Shown: positions 1 to 11,384 of the stretch, one piece after another
How positions within the stretch are numbered: position 1 is the stretch's first letter
Layout of the letters: each line of letters starts with the position of its first letter
Assembly: GCF_004010195.1 (NCBI RefSeq)
Contig: NC_057719.1
Span: 54,449,921 to 54,469,920 of the forward strand
Reading direction: 5' to 3'
From: Chiloscyllium plagiosum
Taxonomy: Eukaryota
Length of the DNA stretch: 20,000 nucleotides
Made by a program: the position numbers and the translations under genes
The notes under the pieces: generated by a model
The model's input: the letters and a program-made list of their open reading frames with translations, nothing else
Told to the model about the DNA's origin: nothing
The model's database searches: none

Positions 1-19
1 ATACATGTCTATGCCTCTA

Positions 20-445
20 TTTCTAGATTGATACCTGGAATGAGCAAGTTCTTTTGTGAAGATAAATTACACAGGCTGGGTTTTTGTTTTCTGCACCGAG
101 TTTAGAAGAGTAAGAGGTTAGTTGATTGAAGTGTATAAAATCTCAAACTTTCTTGACATGGTTAATATGGAAAGGAGGTTTCCTCTGATTGGTCAGTCCA
201 GAAGTAGTGGCAACGTTTTAAAATTAGGGGTTGCTCTTTCAGGACAGAGAAGATGAGAAATGCTTTCTCTCAGCAGGTTATGCAAATTTGGAACTCTGCC
301 TGAGAAGTGCGGGAGAGGTAGATAGATTGTTGTTAGGGAATCAAGGGTTATTGAAGGTAGTTGGGAACGTGGAATTCAAAACACAAACAGGTCAGCATCA
401 ATTTATTGAGTGGCCAAATGGTCTACCTTTGCTCTTGCTTTGTAT
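20..445 (+). mobile_element. CR1-clade LINE 3' fragment (decayed ORF2 C-terminus and 3' UTR)
   Basis: gagtttagaagagtaagaggttagttgattgaagtgtataaaatctc matches the CR1 'RRLRGDLIEVYKI' segment with a stop. It ends in a CR1-type tail (ggccaaatggtctacct). The same motif recurs at 17020-17065. Confidence 0.8.
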
Positions 446-674
446 ATTTTCCAAGTATTATCAAATATGAGTTCTACACATCTCAATACCAATCTGGGAG
501 GGTATAGTTGCTGACCAGATGCTCAGAGTGCAGAATATCTGTTCTGCAGGGCCAGGTACAGACTTTCACTTGGGAAGAGTTTTTCCCAAAGCTGTAAAGG
601 AACAGTTAATTGTTTTAAAAGAATGAACTCTTTTGTTAATGGTTCACTCTGATTTTTTTTTTGAAGATTAAGAA

Positions 675-1066
675 CATGGGGACAGTATCATAACTGTAAT
701 CCTACTGAACCAGCAATCGAGAGGCACAGATGGAAGATCCCGAAATGAATTCCAATTCAATCACAAAACAAAGAGGAATTTAAACTTAATTAAATTAACA
801 AATCTAGAATAAAATACTATTCAATAATGGCCTTGAAACTACTGGATTGTCCTAAAAAGAATTTTTTTCACTAATTCTCTTTTCAGGAAGAAATCTGTTG
901 ATCTTACTTATGTAATATGGTCCCAAAAGCCTGAAAATGATTATATAATTTATTATTTTCCTTCTGTCTATACCAGATTCACTCCATTTTCAAGAGAAAA
1001 TTGGGACGGAAATAAATGCTTGGCCCAGCCAGTGATGCCTACATCCCCACAAATGAATAAGAAAAA
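675..1066 (+). mobile_element. old shark tRNA-derived SINE with LINE-derived 3' tail
   Basis: The 3' end aataaatgcttggcccagccagtgatgcctacatccccacaaatgaataagaaaaa and the internal ttcactaat...ggaagaaatctg resemble a common elasmobranch SINE. The head is strongly decayed. Confidence 0.6.
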
Positions 1067-1511
1067 CTGTAGTTCTGCCTGTTATGATAGGAGATTCTAC
1101 TTAAGGCAGTATATTCAGTGTGATTGGATACTATGAACTTATTGGCTTGGTCCTTGTTGGAACCCGGGAGTTATTTGCGTAGAAAATAGTTTTAATCTAT
1201 TTATTTAAGAAATCACTTAAATAGAAAGTGAATGTCTTAAAGATAGATTTTGCTTGCGTACTTTGCTTTTAATACAATTTGAATTCAAAGATTCCATGTG
1301 CTGCATTTATAAAGAGTCACCACTCTTCCTGCCAATTAGGTTGCTTTGAGTTTGCAAAAATCAGTTGGCTGCCGTCATGTCTGCTTCATAAATTCTGATA
1401 GGTTTTGCTGTTTTAAATAACTGATGTATCGAATCAATCAATCCCCTACAAGCCACTGATTATTTGACCATGGCAATACAATTATTAAATTGACCAAGGA
1501 ATCTATAATTA

Positions 1512-2774
1512 TGAGGGGACAGGAAGCATGTTGGTTCTAATTCCTCCTGTAAAGACCGTGTCTTTTTGGTTTTATGTGTTTTTTAACAATTGTGGACTGG
1601 AATGAAAAAGCATGTTTAAAAAATATGTTTTAAAGAATTGCTGCGATATTTGAAAAGGATGTGACCTGACATTCATAATAAACAACATGTAAACTACTGT
1701 TTGAACAAACATCCTCTGGGTTGTGAACTCCGCCCTGACTCTGTTCACAAGCCGGTTAATGCGCAAGTCTAAAGACGATGCAAGACAATACAAAGCAGTC
1801 ATTTTCCAGCATAGGAAATGTCCATATGTCAAGTCTTTAGAATTACATCCCTGTGTGGGGTCATGTTCATAAGTTGGGCACCCATGTACTCAAAGATTGG
1901 GTTGCAGTCAAATTGGTGCCAAGGGGTTGTGAACAGATGCAGCTCTGGTGGACCACAAGAATGATGACAAAAGCCTTTCACCTGCCAACAACTGTGATAG
2001 GTTCTTAGGCAACAGAGAAGCTTGGTCCTGCAAAGAAGATAAAAGTGATTGGATGTCCTCCGGCTCAGGAGCTGTCTCCGTCCACGAAAGTCAAAACCCA
2101 CTTTAAGCCTGAAGTTAAATGATATATCTTTCCTTTGCCAGTTGTTGTCCGCTGTATTTCAAAACTGCCAAGTCAGGAACCTTTTATAAGTGAACCAGCC
2201 ATGTATATCTTACAATCCAGTGGAAGCGTCCAGACAATGATGACAGAAATGCAATGTTCCGACCAGCATAAGAATCATATGGATCATGTCAGCAACCAAT
2301 GGATTGGAACCACTGAGCTGCTTTCCCAGTTTTCCTAGATCATAACATTATCTGTGCTCAACCATATGTAAGGGGAAAAGTAGGCAAAAGTGAGCACTGC
2401 AAATGATCAGAGTGTAGATTAGAGCGATGCTAGAAAAGCACAGCAGGTCAGGCAGCATCCGAGGGGCAGGAAAATCGACGGTTCGGCAGAAGCCCTTCAT
2501 CAGGAATGAAGGCCATATGTTAGGGGAGTTTATCAGGGATTAGAGTTTTAGCTCATATTGTTATCGACTCATGCATTATAATTGTTAATCTGTAGCTAGA
2601 GTCTCTTCATTTGTAATAAATAATAATTCTTGTTAAGTACAGAAACCTGGTCCATGCTGTCTGTAAACTGGGTCTGGAGTTTAAGAATTTTATCTACTTA
2701 TCTTAATATCTAGCTTTTGTGATGATTCCCGAATAGCAAGATTGATTTTCAGTGAGCTACCCAGTGAGTCAACA
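1512..2774 (+). mobile_element. possible solo LTR, interrupted by a Penelope-like insert
   Basis: TATA-like gataaaag near 2038, AATAAA near 2615 and an end in ...gtcaACA at 2774. No TSD was found and the left boundary is uncertain. Confidence 0.3.
2377..2512 (-). mobile_element. short Penelope-like 3'-terminal insert (copy 1) with degenerate hammerhead motif
   Basis: The minus strand reads CATTCCTGATGAAGGGCTTCTGCCGAACCGTCGATTTTCC...GCAGTGCTCACTTT. It is flanked by ccatatgtaagggga (2362-2376) and ccatatgttagggga (2513-2527). Confidence 0.8.
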
Positions 2775-3129
2775 ATATGTTTATCAAGAAGCTATGTTCA
2801 TCAGCAAAGCACCATGTTAATCATTAAGACATTACATTCATCAAGATGCTCTCAGTAGGAATCTCTAAGTGAATCTTAAAACCTTTCATGGGGTCATCAT
2901 TATGATGTAGCAAGCAAGAACTGTGAAACAGTGTAAGATCACTGATGGGATGTTTTAACATGTGGAATGTTTGGAACTCCTAGAATAGTTCAAATGTTAT
3001 ATCAGGAAACATTTGAGGGAGAATTTCTGTCCAAGTTCTCCTGATGGTATACCATATCTACATGGAGCCCCAGTGGAATTATTTGTTGTCATTTTCCCAG
3101 GGTAGCTCACTTTCTCTATTCATATTTAG

Positions 3130-3955
3130 TATTTTACCAAGTGCTGTCTGTACTTCTATATACACTGGAGATATGGACAATATACATTCAAAATCTCAAA
3201 TCACTACAAAAATATCACAATTTGTCTACAAAACCCAGCCAATCCAATAAGAGTGTACTCTCTCAGGCTGACATCTCTAGTAAGAAGGTATGTGTTCCTG
3301 TCAATCATCTGTGTTGGGTAGTTCACCTCATCTGTACATCTGACAATACTCCCAAAACAGGCTGTCTACTCCAAGCTTTGTCACTGCAAGTCGTTACCAG
3401 GAAGACAAAGAAAATGCTTCAAGAATATTCTCAAATGTCCCTGTAATAAAATATAATATTCCCAGAGATTCATGAGAATTTATTCATTAGTATTGGAAGA
3501 CCACTTGAGGAGCAGCATTAAACCAGTACCAACCATCTCAAACATCTCCAACAAGCTCATGTGGCAGTTGAAAAGTGAGGCACTGGAAAAGAACAGCAGG
3601 TCAGGCAGCATCCTTGGAGCAGAAGAGTCAACATTTTGGGTATTATCCCTTCATCAGGAATGACATTAGGAATGACGTTCCTGATGAAGGGCTTATGCCT
3701 GAAACATTGATTCTCCTGCTTCTCGGATGCTGCCTGACCTGCTGTGCTTTTCCAGCATCATACCTTTTGACTCTGATCTTCAGCATCTGCAGTCCTCACT
3801 TTCTCCTAAGCCCATGTGGCAGCCAAGACAAACAGCAGGAGCAGCACATGGAAACTTGTGCATTCCATAGACTCATCTGATCAAACATTATCTTCCCTAG
3901 CAGTGGCAGGGTGTGCACATTTAGCATTGGATTAATTAATTACCTCAGTACCCAC
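3130..3955 (+). mobile_element. RTE-clade LINE 3' fragment, interrupted by Penelope-like copy 2
   Basis: The translation VLSVLLYTLEIWTIYIQNLKSLQKYH...HLCWVVHL matches RTE 'LLYGxETWT...LExFH...LRWAGHV'. The C-terminus near 3925-3955 reads IGLINYLSTH (cf. IGLxSHxRTH). Confidence 0.75.
3568..3807. mobile_element. inverted two-arm Penelope-like terminal insert (copy 2)
   Basis: About 3570-3662 is the reverse complement of about 3677-3807. The plus arm has CTGATGA-AGGGC-TTAT-GCCT-GAAAC (3681-3705). The TSD is aagctcatgtggcag (3553-3567) and aagcccatgtggcag (3808-3822). Confidence 0.85.
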
Positions 3956-4594
3956 AACTTCCTCAGTCCTAAGAGGAAATTATTAAAAAAGAATAAAGTG
4001 GCATCTGTAATGTACTATTATGGAGCATAAGAACATAAAGAAAATCACATTTTCTTTCATGCTATTTATGCATTGAATAGAATTTTGTGGCTCCAGTCAA
4101 CTATGGAAACCATTCAACAACTAGCCTTACTTCTGCAAAAATAAACGGGCCAGGTGTTCAGGAAACACAACAAATGATTTGACTAACTATTGCCAAGAAT
4201 TTCTTTGACTTTACATGTGATAACAGACATTGCTGAGTGAAAAGCACAGTTCAGAGTCAAGTTGGCTTTGCTTATTACTTTTCTCACATTAGATTATGAG
4301 GTGAACCAGTTTATTAAAAAAATGCAATATGTTAAGTCCATTGCAGAGTATTGTCATTGGGAAAGTCTCTTCAACAAAATTATGTCTTTTTTCCAATTAG
4401 ACAATTTTGATGAAATCAACTGAGCAACTCTTAAAGCTCTAAAGAGATCAATACAGCTGGGAGCAGATTGCTTTGTCAAGTAATATATATTTTCTTGTAT
4501 TGCCTGCCAGACAGAAGACTAAAAGTTCAAATCCCACAGCTGTTGGTCACTTCATTTGAACTGGTTTCTGCGAATTTAACCAAGTGTGTGTGGT

Positions 4595-4608
4595 CCACTA
4601 GATGGAGC
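4595..4608 (+). promoter_or_regulatory. candidate CTCF-binding core motif
   Basis: CCACTAGATGGAGC versus the consensus CCACYAGRKGGCRC, in apparently non-repeat sequence. Motif match only. Confidence 0.35.
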
Positions 4609-5029
4609 ACAAGATGTTCGTCTCAAGGGGAGTAGATACTTATTTTCGCTCAATTCTTCTGAATGTCGACCACCAATTCTCTTGTTGGTCACCAACAGAA
4701 CAAGAAAAAAGGATATTAAGAACACATGATGGAAGAATAGGCAGGATTAACTGATTAAATAATGGGAAAGGGATCATTCTGAACCCCTCTCTGAGCTATT
4801 TCCCACACACCTGCAACATCACCACCAAAAACAGGCAGTTTTGGGTCTGGCAATGAGTTACAATTAACAAAAAGATTAAGCCGTAGTGCAACCCAAATAG
4901 AACATCTTCATTTCTGTTTTTAACAGAAATGCGATGGGGGCAATGGCTGACCAACCGGCTTTCAGTGTGTAGGTTCCTCAGAAGTAAATATCTTAATGAG
5001 ACTGCCTACCTAAAAGGAACAGCAGAAAC

Positions 5030-5300
5030 TTCCTTTGTCAAATGTGGTATTGTGGTATTGGAAAAAATGACCAAAAGCATGGTCAAAAGATAGATTTTCA
5101 ATATTGCCTCAAACAAATGAGAGAGAGAGAGAGAGGCAGAGGTGGATTGTGACAGAGCAAGAAAGAGTTTTTGAGAGTTTAGGGCTGAGACAGCTGAAAG
5201 CATGGCTGCTAAGATTGCAGTTGAGAGATTGAGGATAAGTAAAATATCCCAATTGGAGGGGTATAGAAATCCCAAAACTTGCAAGGCTAGAAGAGGTGAG
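5030..5300 (-). mobile_element. L2-like LINE 3' fragment with short (GA)n
   Basis: The minus strand reads ctttcagctgtctcagccctaaactc...cctctgcctctctctc...aaaatctatcttttgaccatgcttttggtca, typical of the L2 end ('AFS..AP.LWN.LP...FK..LKTYLF'). Confidence 0.6.
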
Positions 5301-5959
5301 AAAATTTACTCCTACCTTTCATGGTGCACTCAGATTCAGTCTCCTGATCATACCCCACTTATTAAATGGTGACAGAAAAGCAAGCAGTTAAAGGTCAAAA
5401 GTCAAATTACTTAGGTTAATGAGATAGAACAGCCCACGACAGAACAAAATTCTGCAATAGTCCTAGCTGTAAACAAATGATTCAGACCTACTTTTTGAGC
5501 AAAAATATATCTATTTCAAGTTGGAAAGAGTGGTGAATGTTATTTAATTATCAGATCATGAACCATTGTTGAGAAAATACCAGTTGCAGTTGGCAAAAGT
5601 ACAATTACATGGCCTTGTAGCCATGGCACTTTAGATTAAGGGATGCTTTGAGAAACTCTGCAAGATAAGGAATGCCAGATAATAAAAAATTGATGTGAAC
5701 TTCAGAACCAAGATTCCTCATTTGAGTGGGAATGTGCATTTTGCTCTCAACCTTCTTAAAATAGTTGAGATGGTTGAAGAAGATGAACTAGAATACCTAA
5801 TGCTATTTAAAGCATTAGGAAAACAATTTGGAATATATCACACTGAAGCAAGTTGCTAAACTGTGGTAACTAAATAACATTACAATTCTATGTAGTTTAA
5901 CAAAACATGTTAGGAAACATTTGCCAAGATGATAAAATAGGTGTAATTTGCCTCGTTAC

Positions 5960-8315
5960 AAAACTAAGTGATGTTTAGTGATGGTTATTGTACACAAACA
6001 TAATGGCTGCATCCAAATTTTTGTTGATTTTACTCAGGTCAGTAAGGTAATGGTGAGAAAAGTCCTCCTTACGTTTGCGGCTGACAAGAGTTACACTGGG
6101 GGCGGCACGGTGGCACAGTGGTTAGCATTGCTGCCTCACAGCACCAGAGATCCGGGTTCAATTCCCGCCTCAGGCGACTGACTGTGTGGAGTTTGCACGT
6201 TCTCCCCGTGTCTGCGTGGGTTTCCTCCGGGTACTCCGGTTTCCTCCCACAGTCCAAAGATGTGCAGGTCAGGTGAATTGGCCATGCTAAATTGCCCGTA
6301 GTGTTAGGTGAAGAGGTAAATGTAGGGGAATGGGTCTGGGTGGGTTGCGCTTCGGCGGGTCGGTGTGGACTTGTTGGGCCGAAGGGCCTGTTTCCACACT
6401 GTAATCTAATCTAATCTAATCTAAATTATCCAAAAGTAGAGTTTTGGTGTAGAAAGTGGATTCTGGCACATGCCATTGGACAAGCAATAAAGATTGCTTG
6501 CCACATTCATAACTCCGTTTGGGAGATTTTACTTTCACAAATAATTATTTGGGATTGTTTAAGTGTCAGAGATTTTTCAATGGACTCTCAATATTTTACA
6601 GGGTCTTTGAGGTACCATATGGTGCACGGATGACATTGATACATAGGGAAATAATCAAGGACCATGATCAGAGAGTGCACTAACACAAACAATTAGAAAG
6701 GCTCAAGCTTAATAACAAGTCTGAATTCTCCAAAGAATCAATTCACTTCTTGGGGCACATTGTCAACTGTAATAAAATAATGGCGGACCTGTAGAAGACT
6801 AAAGCTATCAAGAAGTTTCCCATTCTCAAGTTACTAACAAACCTTCAAAGATTCTTAGGGATGATAAACCAGGCAAAATGTTTACTTCATTTGGCAAACT
6901 ATGACAGAACTCTTGAGACAATACTTCAACACAACACAAGGATGGTGTTGGGACCTACAACAAGAGGATACATTTCAGGGGATCAAGGGCATGTTGATAT
7001 GGGCTAGCACATTGTGCTAACCCACAGTAATCTGGCCTTTGCAATCATTGTATTGGCTGATGTTAAAGCAACAGGCTGAGGAGCAGTATTCTTCCAGGAG
7101 CAACCAGATGGTCTCCTATACAGGAATGTGATTGGCTATGATTCAACAGAAGGTTCTTTACTTTGCGTGGGTTGTAAGGTATTTTCAGAATATATCCTTA
7201 GTCCTTCGGCATCTTGGCTTAAAAGTGGACATGAAAATATAGCATAAATGTTTAGTTGCTCTACTGGATGAGAAAGAACAAGCAAGGGCACCAAATTACC
7301 AAAATTTGCCTTTGAAACAATATGAAATATGTACAGTGGAAAATGCAGATGTGGTCTTCAGGGTGATGGTCAATAGCCTTACTATGCATGACATTGAGTT
7401 TGTTCAGGAAATTGAGTGATATATTGTAAAGTCCAATGTGATGCATGGTCAGAAAGCCATAATCAGCTTCATAAGCTAAGGCAGGAGCAAGTGAGTAACA
7501 AGAATGATTCACCATTTTTCAGTTTTGGGGAGGGGGTGGGGGTTTCAAATGTCAAATGTTGCTGGGGGGAGGTCAAGGCTAAAGATCCATCTTATTAAGT
7601 ATGAAATCTTATTGTGAGCAAGACACCAATGTACAAACATGGAAGACTTACAGTTAACAACTGGTCATTCCAGCTTCACTTCAGGATTTCCTTGAGAATC
7701 ATCAAATGTGGAGCCAGAACCTGGCAGCAATGTGATAACCTGCTATCTGTAAGGCAATTGAAAATCTCATAGCCATTGTGAAACTTGTGATATCCACAAA
7801 CCAGAGCTACAAGAATCACTGATACCTGTAACATTCCCCAACAGACTGAGAAAGCCTATAGACAGAGGCTTATTCATACCAAAGGGAAGTCTGACCTTAC
7901 TGCTATTAATTATTGCTTGTGATGGGTAGAGGTTAATAAGTTACACATCATAATTATGGATTATGTTATGTAAGTCTTTAATGAGATATTTGCAACACAT
8001 GGTATCCCTGAGGGAGTCATTTTTGACAACAGACTGCTGATTGTTGTTAAGTGCTTCAGCCATTAAGCAACTAATTCTGGATCTGAACATTACAAGTACC
8101 CACAAACATAGCCAAATATGAAGGCTGGCAGTGACAGTGGTTTTACAGAAAAATGCTAATTCTCATACACCACTGCTAAATTACTGGTTCACCCCTTCCA
8201 AATGTGTTCCTGCACCAGAGTTGATGATGGAGCAGGAAGCTGAAAACTCAAGGCCATATCCTACTAAACAGATTGACTTATGTTTATACCCACAGGGCTA
8301 TCATGGAGAATAGCT
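5960..8315 (+). mobile_element. decayed Gypsy/Ty3 pol (RT-RNaseH-integrase), split by an HE1 SINE
   Basis: Motifs appear in Gypsy order: VHKHNGCIQIFVDFTQ (~5990), GFW (~6460), ITPFGRF (~6510), CTDDI (YxDD position, ~6625), HFLGHI (~6745), LQRFLGMIN (~6845) and integrase FATHGIPEGVIFDN (~7990-8030). There are many stops and frameshifts. Confidence 0.85.
6098..6424 (+). mobile_element. HE1-type V-SINE, full length and young
   Basis: tRNA head with A box TGGCACAGTGG (6111-6121) and B box GGTTCAATTCC (6155-6165). It has the V-domain gtgtggagtttgcacgttctccccgtg..., a CR1-type tail gggccgaagggcctgtttcc and an (AATCT)n end. Confidence 0.92.
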
Positions 8316-8483
8316 CATTGCTTGATTGATTGACTGTCACATGTACTGAAGTACAGCGAAAAGCTTTAGTTACGAACAGTACAGGCAGGTCAGAGTAAGC
8401 AAGGATGGACAGATAGGAAAGACTTAGACAGAGGCATTCAGATTACATTGTACAGGGAGTGCACTCGGCGAGATCAGCATCAT

Positions 8484-8644
8484 GTCATGTCAAAGGAACA
8501 GGAGAATCAACGTTTCGGGCATAAGCCCTTCTTCAGGAATGAGATTCTCCTGCTCCTTTGATGCTGCCTGACCTGCTGCGCTTTTCCAGCAACACATTTT
8601 TAAGCTCTGATCTCCAGCATCTGCAGTCCCCACTTTCTCATCCA
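8484..8644. mobile_element. inverted two-arm Penelope-like terminal insert (copy 3)
   Basis: Minus arm at about 8492-8542 and plus arm at about 8543-8639. A perfect 13-bp TSD agatcagcatcat lies at 8471-8483 and 8645-8657. Confidence 0.85.
8504..8541 (-). ncRNA. minimal type I hammerhead ribozyme motif
   Basis: CAUUC-CUGAAGA-A-GGGC(UUAU)GCCC-GAAAC-GUU^GAUUC: intact core, 4-bp stem II, palindromic ACGU stem III and an NUH triplet. Confidence 0.65.
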
Positions 8645-11384
8645 AGATCAGCATCATTTAAGACTAGAGATTCCATTCATCATTCTTAAATGGCCAAGAA
8701 GAAGCTGTTTGTGAAACCTGCCAGTGCATGTGTTCAAGCTTCTGTATTTTCTGCCTGATGGAAGAGTTGGAGGAGATCATTACTGGGGTGACAGTGTTCT
8801 TTGATGATGTTGGAAGCCTTTCCCTGGCAGCAAGCCATATAAATGGAGTCCATGGATGGAAGGTTGACTTCTGTGATGGTCTGGGCTGTGTACACAACCT
8901 TCTGTAGTTTCTTACAATCCTGGGCAGGGCAGTTGCCATACCAGGCCATTATGTATTCAGACAATATGCTTTCAAAGGTGCCATCTGCAGAAGTTGGTGA
9001 GGGTCCTTGTGGACATGCCAAATCAGATCAGATACTAATAGGCTTTATCATGCAAGATGTTTGGCATATTTGAACCATGGAAATGTGCATTGTTAAGACA
9101 TGTTATGAGGAAATGGATAGTCATTCAATGAGCTACAGATTTTATCTTGTCTGAACAGGTAATGGAGTCAAATGAAGATGTAGCAGAAATCTTATCACAT
9201 TACAGATTGATTGCCTATCACTGCTTGATTAATATGTTCCAAATGAGAAACTTGACAATGCAATGGACTGACACGGACCCCCCCACTGGTCAAGAAATGA
9301 TCCAGTCAACCCTACAGAGGTCTGAAGGGATCTGAAAGGGTTAATACTGAGGAGATCCATAAGCACCACTCACTCTGGGGCTATCAAATGGATTTGTGGG
9401 CAACATAGCTGAGGATTTTAGATGAGTGAGACATACCATCCAGGTCCATCTTCTAGTCTATATACATCTTTCTCTGCTGGAATTTGAACTCTCAGCCTCC
9501 AGGTTACTAATCAGTACAACTGAACACAGACCTGGCACGTGGGGAGAAGGAGACCTAGTATAATTCCACATAAAGCAACTAAGGGGAATATTTCTGTTGT
9601 TAAAATCTTCAGGCAACATTATTAAAAGAAATATTCCTCCTATTCTATCAGAGTGTATAGAAAACACTGGTAATTCTTTGATTGAGACATTGTTACTAAT
9701 ACATAGTAATCGAATGAACTGTCACTGCAGATTAACTACTGGAGGTGTAGCTCATTCTCCTCTGATCTGGCTGGCAACATCCCAGAGAGCTGGAAAGTGT
9801 GTACACAAGACTTAGACTGAATCACTCGGCTGATTAGTGAGCAAACTTTTCTGGGTTGTCTTCTGAGTTTATTTTTGCAATATGCAGCAAAATGTTTTGT
9901 TCAGGTGATAAAGGCGTGCAAAACGTTCAATCTTCTCCTAGTTATGCAGAAAATTAAATGTGATCAGCTTTCTCCAACCAGATAAAAGAAGCAGGTACTT
10001 TTATGGAATTGGTTTAGTTTTATGATGACCTGCTATTGTTTGCAACAATTAAAACTAAAAATCTACAGCAGACATTTTCAGATAGGTACTGAAAACATAA
10101 TAACATGGTGATTTGTCTTACAGTTTCAAGCCCGGCACGAGAACATGCAAGTCACTATATCGAAATAATAATCTACCTTCAAACATTAAGTTACCACTGT
10201 CACATATATGCACTTTTAGTTTATTTGTGCTTTTGCAGAGGAAGGTAATACTTTCCTTCAGAACCAGAAAGCATTCCAATAAACCTCCCTGATACTGCAG
10301 AAGTATTTTTGTCAATTACCTCTGAGAATGAGGTAGAAATTTATATTTTCTCTTCTTTAAAGTTCTATCTGTCTCACAGAAAAATAAATCTGTCAGGGAG
10401 CGCCTGCAGGGCTGTGTTTGACATGGGTTCATTGAAGAGGAACACATAATGGGTTGAATAACCTTTTCATAGTTCACATTTTATTACATTTATGTATTTT
10501 ACGATGAGCTGCATGCCCCTAAACTCAACAAAATTGTCACATCAAAACATGCCAATGTTAAAAATGAACTGCTGCTCAGGCTAGCTACTAGTGACAGATG
10601 TATTAAACTTCCTGTTAGAAGGAGTGGGGGCTTATATAGCCTGCAGGTACTTACTGTAATGGATTGATTTTAAGAGGTACAGGTGAGGCACAATGCAGTT
10701 GCTTCTTCCATGTTAATATTCACTGTCATGGTTAGTTTGTTCCAATTCTCCCTTGTGGCCGTCACCATGTTAGTGGTCGAAGTCTTATCTAAATTGAAAA
10801 CCTGTCGTTTATTAGAAAGTGAGGTTGCATTCGTTTTAATTATAGCACTCATAGAGGCACATCTCATGGTCTGAGTTCAATGCACGCAAATGTTCAGACT
10901 GTTCCTTTATAGCAACCGTTGGTGTAACCTGTTTTCTATTTGATTTTTCCATTCTTTAGTATTACAATCCTCTGTACTTTGATTCAACGGTTAGTTTCAC
11001 TAGTGTCATGCAGACAAAATGGCAATGTTTTAATACACAAAGACACTTTTGCTTAGCTCTTCTCTACTCTGACCTTTTACATTAGGAAAGCTGTCTTCTA
11101 CAGACACAAGCTCTCATTTGGAAAACGGCATGAAACCCACAAGGGAATGAGAAAAGATGGATGCATTTTATATAGTATACATTGCATCTTGCTCCAGGTA
11201 AGTTTCAGTTTGATTTAGAAATGTGGGAGCAGGAGGACGCAGTAGCAGTAAAGAGAGAAACCACATAAGTCAAACATTCTTCTCTTCTTCGGCACCAAGA
11301 GTGACTTAACAGAAAGGTGATGAGTTGATATGTCATTGAGCAGATTGTTTCAATTCCAGTAAATTTTGGAAAACAAATTTCTTG

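Larger units (their letters stand above)
8316..9022 (-). mobile_element. Rex1/Babar-clade LINE 3' fragment, interrupted by Penelope-like copy 3
   Basis: The minus ORF GTFESILSEYIMAWYGNCPAQDCKKLQKVVYTAQTI matches the Rex1 RT C-terminus. The 3' end has the stem-loop gtacttcagtac and a (CAAT)n tail. Confidence 0.85.

Noticed and set aside
3568..3807. MITE or DNA transposon, suggested by the inverted repeats
   Set aside because: The arms are unequal, vary between copies and match a retroelement 3' end. Copy 1 has only one arm.
3575..3880. 101-aa ORF with a hydrophobic stretch
   Set aside because: It is a chance frame through the inverted Penelope-like insert.
4860..5010. Possible exon after ttctgtttttaacag
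   Set aside because: There is no good donor and no recognisable peptide in the frames checked.
6098..6175. tRNA gene (also at 11595-11670)
   Set aside because: It is the tRNA-derived head of a SINE that continues into the V-domain and LINE tail.
10670..10874. Overlapping 63-65 aa ORFs on both strands
   Set aside because: They resemble no known protein and have no convincing splice sites bounding an open frame.
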